Source: Acidobacteriota bacterium (GTDB lineage: Bacteria; Acidobacteriota; UBA890; WLXD01). From it: 64,000 nt of DNA. Within the stretch, counting starts at the first letter, position 1, and each line of letters opens with the position of its first letter. Positions 1 through 8,865 of the stretch are shown here, piece by piece. The stretch is from positions 1 through 64,000 of the forward strand of contig CAXWPH010000006.1 of the NCBI GenBank assembly GCA_963666055.2, read 5' to 3'. The translations under genes were made by a program, and so were the position numbers. The notes below the pieces were generated by a model, which saw nothing but the letters and a program-made list of their open reading frames with translations, did no database searches and was not told where the DNA came from.

Positions 1-1
1 C

Positions 2-268
2 GTTCGAGACGAGGACGGGGCCGAGCTCGGCCGGATTCAACGACACGAAGCGGTTACGGTGCGCGACGCTGACGGGAACGTGCTCACCAGGGCGGACGTC
101 ACTGCGTTCGCGCCCGGCCACCCCGCCCCACGCGGCGAGAATCGCGAGTCCGTAGCGATCACCCTGTGGCCACGGACCCGGCAAGCCGCCAACCTGATAG
201 ACTCGCTGCTCCAGAACAACGCCGTGCTGCTCATCCAGATCGAGACGGCCGACGGGGTTCGTGCTTGA
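2..268 (+). CDS. Hypothetical protein, 5'-partial
   Basis: Frame is open from the window edge (VRDEDGAELGRIQRHEAVTVRDADGNVL...) to TGA at 266-268. Confidence 0.5.
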   Translation, partial: VRDEDGAELGRIQRHEAVTVRDADGNVLTRADVTAFAPGHPAPRGENRESVAITLWPRTRQAANLIDSLLQNNAVLLIQIETADGVRA

Positions 269-395
269 CCTGGGGGTACGCGCTGGGGGCCTGAGGGCTA
301 CGCGTGGCTGGTTCGCCGCTACCGTCTGGTGAGGGGCGCATGAGCGACGAGGAGCGCATCGGCATCCAGTGGGGAAGTTTTTCTCTGCCACCATT

Positions 396-471
396 AATCG
401 CCCGGCTGCACGCTCTCACGTGGTGAGAGCCGACCTATTCCGCTAGGCTGAGCGAAGCCCTGGCGGCAGGC
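396..471 (+). repeat. Dispersed hairpin repeat, copy 1
   Basis: AATCGCCCGGCTGCACGCTCTCACGTGGTGAGAGCCGACCTATTCCGCTAGGCTGAGCGAAGCCCTGGCGGCAGGC; near-identical to 1488-1549 and 3490-3571. Confidence 0.95.
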
Positions 472-478
472 GAATCCT

Positions 479-1129
479 ATGCAGAACCAGCTGACGGAAG
501 TAGCGACGAGTGAGCTACAACGCCACGTAGAGCGCCTACACGACTGCGCAGCGACCTGCAGCGCCGCAGTTGAGGTCCATGATCGCTTCGGTAGCGAGAC
601 GTTATGGCATGGCGTCGTCCACGTCTTCGACCTCACATACCATCCCACGGCTGACCTTTGCTACGCCTGGTCGTCACCCGTGGCCGGATCTCGGAAGCGG
701 CGTTTCTACGCGGTTCTACACACCGAGCAGGTGGACTCGCCTGCGAAAGCGGTTCGGGCTGCGATTGTCAAAGACTTCAAGAGAGAGAGTCAGAACCCTT
801 CCGGAATGGGCTTCGTCGACGGACGGCACTACTCGGCCTACGTGGTGGAGGTTCGTCGCCTCAAGCGGGTGGGCGACCTCGATGGCGCGAAGGAGCTTCT
901 CCTGCGCCTGGTGGACGCCTCAGAGGCCGAGGCCGAGGGCGGAGGTTGGGGGGTTGATCCGTGGTACTGCGAGCAGCTGGCCATCATCTACCAGAAGAAG
1001 AAGCAGCCAGCCGACGAGCTCGCGATCCTCGAGCGGTACGAACGACAAGCGAAGGCCCCGGGGATGGTTTCAGAGAGGCTGGCTAGGCGCCTAGCAGAGC
1101 TGCGCGCCAAGGCCCGAAAGAGCGAATGA
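479..1129 (+). CDS. Two-domain hypothetical protein: ~100-aa N-terminal domain plus TPR-like helical C-terminal domain
   Basis: 216-aa ORF starting 7 nt after repeat copy 1; C-terminal half (EQLAIIYQKKKQPADELAILERYE) is TPR-like and paralogous to 1619-1999. Confidence 0.7.
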   Translation: MQNQLTEVATSELQRHVERLHDCAATCSAAVEVHDRFGSETLWHGVVHVFDLTYHPTADLCYAWSSPVAGSRKRRFYAVLHTEQVDSPAKAVRAAIVKDFKRESQNPSGMGFVDGRHYSAYVVEVRRLKRVGDLDGAKELLLRLVDASEAEAEGGGWGVDPWYCEQLAIIYQKKKQPADELAILERYERQAKAPGMVSERLARRLAELRAKARKSE

Positions 1130-1487
1130 CCCCGACCACTTACCGAATCCTCTACCCGGGAGCACGAATAGCCACGTGACCGACGACGAAGGGGACCAAA
1201 AGCAAGAGCGCCCCCCGAACACGAACGACTCTTCTTGCGGTCGTTCGTCTGTGTCAGCGCTGACGCCGCGACCCGCCGCTGTGCCTTTGTACTCTTCGGT
1301 CGACGCTCCGCGGTGCCTTCGTGTTCTTCGGATCGCGCAAGACCCTGCCGGCTTTCGGCGCCACCTTCCTCGATGTTCTCTTGTTCTTCGCCAACTTGCC
1401 TCCCGTCGTCTTGCATGCGCGGAATGCCCCTCCCGATTCTACCAGTCGGCTCCGAAACCCTTCGGAAGAGCGGTCGCGACGCCCCCC

Positions 1488-1549
1488 CCCTCGCAAATCG
1501 CCCGGCCGCTCTCCCGTGGTGAGAGCCGATCTATTCCGCTAGGCTGAGC
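1488..1549 (+). repeat. Dispersed hairpin repeat, copy 2 (3'-shortened)
   Basis: CCCTCGCAAATCGCCCGGCCGCTCTCCCGTGGTGAGAGCCGATCTATTCCGCTAGGCTGAGC. Confidence 0.95.
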
Positions 1550-1618
1550 AGCCTTTACGGAGATCCGCCCCTTCCGGAACCCGCGACCGGCGATCTGTAT
1601 GGCCAGGACTGATTGACC

Positions 1619-1999
1619 ATGACCCCGACCACCTACCGAGTTCGCCACGGATCCACCAACAAGGAACTCGACGTCAAGCCGAGCTTCGTCGCTGGCGGGC
1701 ACTACTCGGCCTACGCGGAGGTTCGTCACCTCAAGCGGATGGGCGACCTCGATGGCGCCAAGGAGCTTCTCCTGCGCCTGGTGGACGCCACAGAGGGCGA
1801 GGCCGCCGCCGAGGGCGAAGGCTGCGGGGTTGATCCGTGGTACTACGAGCAGCTTGCAATGATCTACCGGAAGAAGAAGCAGTCAGCCGATGAGCTCGCG
1901 ATCCTCGAGCGGTACGAACGACAAGCGAAGGTCCCTGGGGCCGTTCCAGAGAGGCTGGCTAATCGCCTGGCCGGCCTGCGACCCAAGGCGGACGAGTGA
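1619..1999 (+). CDS. TPR-like helical protein, paralog of the C-terminal half of 479-1129
   Basis: Shared segments such as GDLDGAKELLLRLVDA and DELAILERYERQAK; AGGA upstream of ATG. Confidence 0.7.
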   Translation: MTPTTYRVRHGSTNKELDVKPSFVAGGHYSAYAEVRHLKRMGDLDGAKELLLRLVDATEGEAAAEGEGCGVDPWYYEQLAMIYRKKKQSADELAILERYERQAKVPGAVPERLANRLAGLRPKADE

Positions 2000-2349
2000 G
2001 AGGCCGCAGCAGCGCCACCCCCCGCCCACTCGCCTACCCCCGCTGCCAGTTCGGCAACTACCTCGGCGAGTTGATCGACGCGCACCCTACCTCGAGGCCC
2101 ACGCTAGCCAAGCGAATCGGCGTGTCTCCGGGGAACCTCAGCAACTACCGCCACGGGCGCTACCTCCCGCCGGACCGCAAGGCTATCGGTGTGATCGCTC
2201 GAGTCCTGGCGCCGAGCAGGGCAAAGCAGGTGGAGATCCGAGCCGAGCTCACGCGCCGCTGTATCGCCGACCTGCTTGATGCGCACCTGCGCGCGGGCGG
2301 TGTGTCGCTGGATGAGGCGCGGTTGGCGATTCACGATCTGGGGGAGTGA
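1996..2349 (+). CDS. XRE-family helix-turn-helix protein
   Basis: FGNYLGELI..SRPTLAKRIGVSPGNLSNYRHGRYLP HTH pattern; GTGA overlap with upstream stop. Confidence 0.7.
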   Translation: MRGRSSATPRPLAYPRCQFGNYLGELIDAHPTSRPTLAKRIGVSPGNLSNYRHGRYLPPDRKAIGVIARVLAPSRAKQVEIRAELTRRCIADLLDAHLRAGGVSLDEARLAIHDLGE

Positions 2350-2636
2350 GACCGTCATGACGCCACGTGCTGGGCGGGCGGTTCAGGATACGGCGGGGGC
2401 ACGGAGCCGTAGGTAGAGGAACCCGGAGGCTACCGCCGCTCCTTCTTCCGCAGCTCCCACCACTCCCGGATGAACTTCACCAGCTTGCCATTGAGAATCG
2501 GCTGGTCGCGCGTCGTCCTTGTTTCGACCCGAAGCCCGACTAGCTGTGTTGTTTGGGCTCGCCGACGCCCGGTACAATAAGAAGCGGCCCGGGAGCTGCG
2601 AACTCCACGGGCCGCAAAACGAACTGCAGTAGTGGG

Positions 2637-2665
2637 ACGGTACGTCCTCGCCGGCCGCCGGTCAA
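2637..2665 (-). promoter_or_regulatory. Putative sigma70 promoter reading into a GC hairpin (2584-2615)
   Basis: Minus strand TTGACC-N17-TACCGT. Confidence 0.5.
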
Positions 2666-2767
2666 TTATGGTCGGCTCCGCGCGTCCACTGGGGTGGGCT
2701 GCTGCGGTCCTCAATGCCTGTAAGTCCGAGCGGCCTTCGTGCTGCGGCAGGGCGAGGAGATGAAGTC

Positions 2768-3064
2768 ATGGGTGCTTTCGTGACCCAACAGCCGAGCGTA
2801 TTCACACGCGACGGCATCGAAGCGCTGAGTCCAAACCAGCCCGGTGTGTACGGGCTATACCGCGGGGACCGATGGGTCTATGTCGGCCAGAGTGAAGACG
2901 TTCGGCGACGCTTGCTGGAGCATCTCGGCGGCGACAACTCCTGCATCACAGGCAGCTGGCCGTCACACTTCGTAGCCGAACTGGTCCACGGTGGCCACGC
3001 TGCACGTGAGGCGCGAGAGCGCGTCCTAATCAACGAGTGCCAGCCGCTCTGCAACGTGGCGTAG
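2768..3064 (+). CDS. Small stand-alone GIY-YIG nuclease superfamily protein
   Basis: PGVYGLY...VYVGQSEDVRRRLLEH...RE..LI...QPLCN motif set; GAGGAG RBS. Confidence 0.8.
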   Translation: MGAFVTQQPSVFTRDGIEALSPNQPGVYGLYRGDRWVYVGQSEDVRRRLLEHLGGDNSCITGSWPSHFVAELVHGGHAAREARERVLINECQPLCNVA

Positions 3065-3066
3065 CC

Positions 3067-3366
3067 CTAGTGGCTGCAGCCTGAACCTGTACCCTCCAGG
3101 CAGCCGGTGACTCGATCGAAGTAGTAGTCTCGGCCGCCTACGGTCAACTGTGTGTAGCGTCGGCCGACGCGCACGTCTAGCTGCTGACCGGTGACCTGGT
3201 CGCGGTAACTGATCGGGCGGATGGCCCCCGGCGCACCGAGCCGATGCAGTGCCGCGCAGAACGCGTCGCGGACGCGGTCCCGAAACCAGTTGGTCCGCCC
3301 GCACTTCAGGGCAGCTGGTTGCGGCGGGTGAGGGTGGCTGAACGGTAACACCGTGGCGTCAGACAT
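3067..3366 (-). CDS. Hypothetical protein
   Basis: GGAGG RBS before ATG at 3366; protein-like composition. Confidence 0.55.
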   Translation of the reverse strand: MSDATVLPFSHPHPPQPAALKCGRTNWFRDRVRDAFCAALHRLGAPGAIRPISYRDQVTGQQLDVRVGRRYTQLTVGGRDYYFDRVTGCLEGTGSGCSH

Positions 3367-3489
3367 CGCGCCCTCCACGCTAGCGTTCACCCCCAACGCC
3401 GAGTCTACAACGAGCGAGCTCCTTGCGGAGCTTGAAGTAGATATTCGGATCCACGCCCAGCAGCGCCCCGAGCATCGCCAGCTTCAGCG

Positions 3490-3571
3490 CCCTCGCAAAT
3501 CGCCCGGCTGCGCTCTCCCGTGGTGAGAGCCGATCTATTCCGCTAGGCTGAGCGAAGCCCGGGCGGCAGGC
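3490..3571 (+). repeat. Dispersed hairpin repeat, copy 3
   Basis: CCCTCGCAAATCGCCCGGCTGCGCTCTCCCGTGGTGAGAGCCGATCTATTCCGCTAGGCTGAGCGAAGCCCGGGCGGCAGGC. Confidence 0.95.
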
Positions 3572-3602
3572 TGAAGGGCATCCCAAACGAGCGAGGTGCG
3601 CG

Positions 3603-3713
3603 ATGGATCTTGAACAGCAAGTTGAGCGGCTGAAGCGAGACAACCGGAGGCTAAAGATTGCCCTCGGCGCGGTGGCGGCGTTGCTGGTGGCGGCTGTGCT
3701 GGTGGGCGTGTGA
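3603..3713 (+). CDS. 36-aa coiled-coil plus single transmembrane peptide (not in ORF track)
   Basis: GAGGTG RBS; MDLEQQVERLKRDNRRLKIALGAVAALLVAAVLVGV*; lies just after repeat copy 3. Confidence 0.55.
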   Translation: MDLEQQVERLKRDNRRLKIALGAVAALLVAAVLVGV

Positions 3714-3764
3714 TGCTGCAGGAGGCTCTGACGCAGACCGTGCTGGAGTAGGCGGAGATAGTCA

Positions 3765-4130
3765 TCATCGCAGCATCCGCTTGAGATCGATCTGCTTTCC
3801 CAGCCGCTGAACCAATCCATGTGAAGCTTCGTTGAGCGACTGCTCCAAGAACTTCGGGCCGCTTACTGTTCCGCCTTCCACTTCCCTCAGCTCGTGGACG
3901 GCAATCGCGTAGTCGAGTCCTGCGCCTACGCCGATCTCGAGCGATATCTCTTTGCCGTTCACTTTCGGCGAGCCGATCTGGTGGCTGTCGCGCAGTGCTC
4001 CGGTGTCGACTGGTGTTCTCTCCTTGGACGCCTCGACGACTCCCTCTGCCTCGACGCGTAGAGCGCTCTAGACCTGATCGCACCGCCGACGGCCGGACGA
4101 GCCTGGACGTCGTTGACCGGCTACCCGCAT
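3765..4130 (-). pseudogene. HK97 gp10-like phage head-tail/tail-completion protein remnant
   Basis: TPVDTGALRDS and YAIAVHE...GPKFLEQSLNE motifs in one frame; in-frame TAG at 4068-4070; 5' part degenerate. Confidence 0.7.
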
Positions 4131-4212
4131 CTCGTTCCCGCTCAACCCCTGGACACCACGGCCGGGAAAGGCCATCGTGTGCCTGCTACGGGAATCCCCA
4201 CCCCCAAAGCGC

Positions 4213-4252
4213 TCGGGCCGAAGCCGTTTCTGCTTCGGCCCGAACTGTTTCT
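4213..4252 (+). terminator. Hairpin, probable terminator or attenuator
   Basis: TCGGGCCGAAGC-CGTTTCT-GCTTCGGCCCGA 12-bp stem followed by ACTGTTTCT. Confidence 0.55.
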
Positions 4253-4724
4253 GGTGATCCCACCAACTGCTCTCGAGCTCGGTACGCCTTCCGGTGCTCC
4301 TGGTGGTGGCCTCCTAGTGCCCGCCGCTGCCGCCCGGAGATGGCTCGGGAAAAACCACCCCCAAGGCGGCTGGCGACGTGGTCCCCGCGACCGCCGGCCT
4401 GGCCGGATGAACCTAACCGTGGCGCGGAGATGGTCGTTCATGGCCGTAGCTCCTGCCGCTCGGCGCGCTCGTCGGCCAACGCGGCCTGGAATGCGGCTTG
4501 TGAACTCGACTGAAACTCGGCGGGCCGTGGTGGTGTCACACGATGGGACCCTCGGCGCAGAACGCGAAGCTCGATTACCCCTAGAAACAAGGGCCTCAAG
4601 CGGCAAACCCGGCGGCGCCGAGGAGACCGCTGGGTGTGACAGAATCGGACACCACGGAGCCGGGCGCCGCTCCTCAGAAATGTGAAGTTTTGTGAGGTCC
4701 CTGCGCTGTGGCTACGGCCTCTGA

Positions 4725-4940
4725 AATGTCTACATTTGTCAACAGGCGGCAGGTCCCTCGAGAGGGCGCCTTCTTCGGGTCGACGGCTTCGAGGAAGATT
4801 GGACCCGCTTCCGCGGCTTCGGATTCGACTGGTTCATCGAGAACGACGGCAACTACGTGAAGCTCCTCGAGGGCAAGTACCGGCCCGACGTGCGGCCATC
4901 CGTTGATGCTTCGAAGAAACTCCGAATCCCGAGGGGCTAG
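4725..4940 (+). pseudogene. C-terminal remnant of a phage replication initiator
   Basis: Frame without a usable start encodes FDWFIENDGNYVKLLEGKY, typical of initiator C-termini, and ends 3 nt before the DnaB-like gene. Confidence 0.6.
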
Positions 4941-4943
4941 CCG

Positions 4944-6247
4944 GTGGTCGAGCGCGCGCTCCCGAACGACACTTCCACTGAGCAGGCGATCCTCGCTGCC
5001 ATCATCTTGAACCGAGAGGCGTGGCACGAGGCACAGGCTAAGCTGGAAGCCAACGACTTCTTTTCAGAGTCTCACCAGCTCGTATTCAAGGCGATGCAAG
5101 AGATCGGCGGCGTTCGTCGGGAGGCCATCGACACGGTGTCGATACTGGCCGAGCTGAAGCGGGTCGACAGCTTGGAACGCGCTGGCGGCCCAGCCTACAT
5201 CTCGAACCTGATCGAGGGCTTCCCGATGCGAGCCAACGTGCCGCAGTTGGCCAGGGTCGTGCGCGAATATTCCCTGAGGCGCCGGCTCATCCGCGTTACC
5301 AACACAGCGTTCCACCGGGCGATGGACACCCGGACTGATGCGGAGGAGGCCATCGAGGAGGCTATCGAGGATCTGCGGTTGTTGCTGTCGCGAGCTGCCG
5401 GTGCCAGGGAACCGGAGCTGCGGGGTTCAGCGCTCCTGCTCGCGAGCCTGGAGCGCGGCGATCGAGTGCCGCTGGGATGGCCGAAACTGGACCGGCGCAT
5501 GCGTGGGGGCTGCCCAGGGGCACGGTGATAACCGTGGGGGCGAAGGGCGCGGTGGGCAAGACACCGTTCGCACTACAGACCGCGGAGCGGATCCTCATGA
5601 GCCGTCCAGCGGCGCAAGTGGCGTTCTTCAACCTGGAGATGCCCGAAGAGGAAATCGTCCGTCGGCAGATCATGGCCTTCTGTCGCGTGACCGACTCTGA
5701 GGCCGCTGACCTCGTGCGAGGCGGTGCTGACAGACCGGTGGAGATGGGCCTGTCGCTTGCCGAGTACGACGCCATGATGGAGCGGTTCCATATGTTCCGC
5801 TCTCAACGGACGATCAGGCAGATCGAATCGGCTGTGGCGTCGGTACCCGGCGAGGTGGATCTCGTGATCGTGGACCACTTGGGTAAGCTCAAGGCTCCCG
5901 GAACTCGGGGCCCGTACGAACGGACATCGGTAGCGTTCGTCGATCTGCAAGCCATGGCCGCTGACCTCCGGGTCCCGGTGATGTTGCTTGCACACCTGAA
6001 TCGCCACGACACGAAGGCGAAGAGTGATGAGGTCTTCGAGCATTCCTTCCGTGACAGCGGTGTGATCGAGGATCAATCCGACTACATCCTCGGACTGTGG
6101 CGGCCGAGATACGAAGAGGAAGTCGCCACGCGACCGCGAATGGCGCTGCTCCGAGGCAACCTGCTCAAGAACAAAGCCGGGCACTCGGCGCAGTTCGACT
6201 GGAATTTTGATCTGCCCTACCAGCGAATTGAGGAGGCGTCGGCATGA
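4944..6247 (+). pseudogene. DnaB-like replicative helicase split by a 1-nt frameshift near 5505-5512 (real or assembly error)
   Basis: DnaB N-domain (LPNDTSTEQAILAAII...FFSESHQLVF) in ORF 4944-5528; Walker A AKGAVGKT, Walker B LVIVDHL, AHLNR and RDSGVIEDQSD in ORF 5477-6247. Confidence 0.85.
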
Positions 6248-6504
6248 GCAAGCGCCGGCAGCAGGTCATCGCCAAGGTTCGCAAGAACTCATGCGAGGAG
6301 TATCGAATCTCAAGAGACGAATTCCACGGGCAGCGCGGGGTGCAGATCCGGCTGTGGAGACGAACCGGGACCGCGTACCCGTTCTTCGCAACGCCGCAAC
6401 GAATCTCGCTGCCGCCGGCCATGGTGGCTGAGATCGTTGGAGCGCTGATGATCGCTGCGGCGTTGGACGGCGAGGGTCTTGAAGATCAAGGGAAGTGTGC
6501 GTGA
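6244..6504 (+). CDS. PC4/YdbC-like ssDNA-binding protein
   Basis: KNSCEEYRISRDEFHGQRGVQIRLW pattern; ATGA coupling to the helicase. Confidence 0.65.
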   Translation: MSKRRQQVIAKVRKNSCEEYRISRDEFHGQRGVQIRLWRRTGTAYPFFATPQRISLPPAMVAEIVGALMIAAALDGEGLEDQGKCA

Positions 6505-6749
6505 GCGATATCTTGCAGCATCCGAGCTCCCGCCTCAGTCTCTGGAAGCCAGAGGATGCTGCCGAGTTTCTGCAGTGCTCGCCGAAGACTGTTCGGCAAT
6601 GGTGCGCGAAGCGTAAGATCCCGCATCGGAAAGTTGGCGGTCTCCTGCGCCTCGTGCCCGACGAAGTGAGAAAGTGGGTCCTAGTGGACTGCGATCGTCC
6701 GATCGAGATCGAGCACCGAAGTCGGTTCGGACGGCACACGAGGGTTTGA
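6501..6749 (+). CDS. Excisionase-like HTH protein
   Basis: WKPEDAAEFLQCSPKTVRQW...IPHRKVGGLLRL; directly upstream of integrase. Confidence 0.8.
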   Translation: MSDILQHPSSRLSLWKPEDAAEFLQCSPKTVRQWCAKRKIPHRKVGGLLRLVPDEVRKWVLVDCDRPIEIEHRSRFGRHTRV

Positions 6750-6750
6750 G

Positions 6751-7884
6751 TTGACGATCGAGAGCAAGCAGACCAAGTCAGGGGCACGCTACAGAGCCCG
6801 TGTCATGGTGGAGGGGCGACTCACGACCGGATCGTGGCACCAAGAGCAGAAGCTCGCCCGGCGCGACGAAGACGAGATCTACGGTGCGCTTCGCTCCGGT
6901 AGCTTCCACCGAACACATGGCCGCGATCGAATTCCCACCTTTGCCGAGGCGGCCGTCCACTACGTCGATGAGTGCCAACGGAAGGTCGATCAGCGCAAGG
7001 AGTCCGCGAGGACTCTCTACGACAAACGCTGCCAGTTGAACAAAGAGCTCATCCCGCGGTTCGGTGACTTCATGCTCGACGAGATCGACGCCTGGAAGGT
7101 GGAGTCGTTCCGACGCGACCTCCACAAGCGCGTCTCTGGTCCACGGGTGAACCGCTACCTGAGCACGTTGAGCGGCGTCTTCAAGCTCTACTCCAAGCTG
7201 CTCGGTACCAACCCCGTTCGAGCGGTGGACCGGTACGAAGAGACCGAAGATGGCTACTACGCCTTCACCGAGGAAGAGCTGCAGATTCTGCTCGCACACG
7301 CAGCGCAGGACTCGAATCCACATATCGAAGTGATCCTGCTGTCAGCCTTCGACACCCTCCTTCGAATTCGGAATCTCCTGGATCTGCGCCGCGATCAGAT
7401 CGACTGGCGATGGCGCGACAGCAACGGCACGCTACGAGGCCTTGCCCACGTTCCGTGGACGAAGAGCAAGAAGGCACTAGACGTTCCCCTGAGCCTCCGC
7501 GTGCGACGTGTCTGGCAGCAACATTTCCGAGCACTGGGTGAGTCCGAGTGGCTCTTCCCCAACGTGTCCAACACGGGGCCAGCCGACTACGGGTCTATCC
7601 GAGACGCCTCCAAACGCGTGCTCAAGGCTGCCGGAATGCCCGAGACCCTTCGGATCCATGACCTACGCCACGGCGGGGCGACAGAACTCATTCGAAGGGG
7701 CGCTCGGCGAGCAACGGTTCAGGCGCTTCTAGGCAACAAGACCCGCGTCATGACCGACAGGTACATCCATCTGACTGAGGATGACGCCGCCCAAGCACTG
7801 ACGCATGGGCCTGGCGAGAAGCCCGGATTTGTCATCGATTTTGTCATCGACGATGAAGACCGCGCGGCAGGGGAAGGAAAATGA
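6751..7884 (+). CDS. Tyrosine recombinase / phage integrase
   Basis: LRIRNLLDL (R), TKSK (K), IHDLRH, LLGNK, DRYIH (Y); adjacent to tRNA. Confidence 0.92.
   Translation: MTIESKQTKSGARYRARVMVEGRLTTGSWHQEQKLARRDEDEIYGALRSGSFHRTHGRDRIPTFAEAAVHYVDECQRKVDQRKESARTLYDKRCQLNKELIPRFGDFMLDEIDAWKVESFRRDLHKRVSGPRVNRYLSTLSGVFKLYSKLLGTNPVRAVDRYEETEDGYYAFTEEELQILLAHAAQDSNPHIEVILLSAFDTLLRIRNLLDLRRDQIDWRWRDSNGTLRGLAHVPWTKSKKALDVPLSLRVRRVWQQHFRALGESEWLFPNVSNTGPADYGSIRDASKRVLKAAGMPETLRIHDLRHGGATELIRRGARRATVQALLGNKTRVMTDRYIHLTEDDAAQALTHGPGEKPGFVIDFVIDDEDRAAGEGK
7828..7850 (+). repeat. Tandem 11-bp direct repeat, putative integrase arm-type sites
   Basis: TTTGTCATCGA-T-TTTGTCATCGA about 80 bp from the tRNA 3' end. 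Confidence 0.6.
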
Positions 7885-7931
7885 TGATCGCCCTCCCCTA
7901 CCCTAAGTCTTTACAGGTCAGCGAGATAAAA

Positions 7932-8029
7932 TGGCGGAAGCGCCTGGGAATCGAACCCAGCAAGGACGCCTTCCGACGCCCCCCAACGGATTTGAAGTCC
8001 GCGAAGGCCACCAGACCCTATTCGCTCCC
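7932..8029 (-). tRNA. selC: tRNA-Sec (anticodon UCA)
   Basis: GGGAGCGA-AT-AGGGTC TGGT GGCCTT-C-GCGGA CTTCAAA TCCGT-long variable arm-CTGGG TTCGATT CCCAG-GCGCTTCC-GCCA; 6-bp D stem, 8/5 layout. Confidence 0.95.
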
Positions 8030-8245
8030 GTGCGGCCGCAATTTGCAGCAGGTTGGAACATTCTGGCAGGCTCCTCGTAGAGTCGCTAGATACGCCAAGC
8101 AGACGGGCGGGCTCCGCGCCGCCGGAGAGCCGGCCCCGTGCGACGCTGCGTCGGTCCGTACGCGCCTCTCCGGGGAACGGCGCCCGGCGTGGTGGTGGTT
8201 GAATATCAGATGCGACAGCAAACACCTTTCCCCTGGGGGTCGAGG

Positions 8246-8683
8246 ATGACGGAAGCGGAGCAGACCAGGACAGCGCAGGAGCAGGAGCAGGAGCAGGAGA
8301 AGATCTCGGGTGAGGCACCGGGTAACCAGGCTGCGGGCGAGGAGAAGCGAGACCTATCGTGGCACCTCGATCGTATTTGGCAGGAGATCAAGGACATCAC
8401 CCGCCAGCTGGAGAGCGAGACGCGGCGTGGCGGCCAGATCGCCAAGCTCAAGCTGGAGATTCTCGGGCTCCGGCGCAAGGCCACTGAGCACACCTCGCGG
8501 CTGGGCCACCTGGTCTACGAGGCTCAGAAAACGAGCGACAAGCGCCCGACGCTGGCGCGGGTCGAGGGCTACGACGAGCTCGTCGCTCAGATCGCTGCAG
8601 TGGAGGCGGAGATCGAAGCGAAGCAGGAAGAGATCGCCGAGCTGAAGGCGCAGCCACAGGAACAAGACACGCCGACCGCGTAG
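8246..8683 (+). CDS. Coiled-coil hypothetical protein
   Basis: Heptad-rich ORF with host-like codon usage; QE repeat at N-terminus. Confidence 0.7.
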   Translation: MTEAEQTRTAQEQEQEQEKISGEAPGNQAAGEEKRDLSWHLDRIWQEIKDITRQLESETRRGGQIAKLKLEILGLRRKATEHTSRLGHLVYEAQKTSDKRPTLARVEGYDELVAQIAAVEAEIEAKQEEIAELKAQPQEQDTPTA

Positions 8684-8792
8684 GGAATCGCTATGCGAGC
8701 GCCACTGCGCATGCAGCATCCCGGCGGCGTGCGGCACCATCTCGAGGCGAACTAAACAACCCTCGAGATCCGCTACAATGGGACCGCCTGGC

Positions 8793-8856
<64 letters not shown>

Positions 8857-8865
<9 letters not shown>

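Larger units (their letters stand above)
1..7934. mobile_element. Defective prophage or phage satellite (right part) integrated at the 3' end of tRNA-Sec; left end lies outside the window
   Basis: Integrase, excisionase, DnaB-like helicase, replication-initiator remnant and HK97 gp10-like remnant abut the CCA end of a tRNA gene. Confidence 0.85.

Noticed and set aside
396-3571. Repeats as a CRISPR array, attC array or DGR
   Set aside because: Spacing is 1-2 kb, there are no RYYYAAC/GTTRRRY ends, and no cas, intI or reverse transcriptase gene is in the window.
4068-4070. Amber recoding in the phage element
   Set aside because: Only one in-frame TAG is seen, other element genes end normally at TAG, and no suppressor tRNA is present.
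5495-5530. Programmed -1 frameshift in the DnaB-like gene
   Set aside because: The shift sits at a G5 run without a canonical X_XXY_YYZ site, neighbouring genes are also decayed, and the window contains another probable indel error.
8276-8299. (CAGGAG)n microsatellite
   Set aside because: Short in-frame QE low-complexity linker; length change would not switch the gene.
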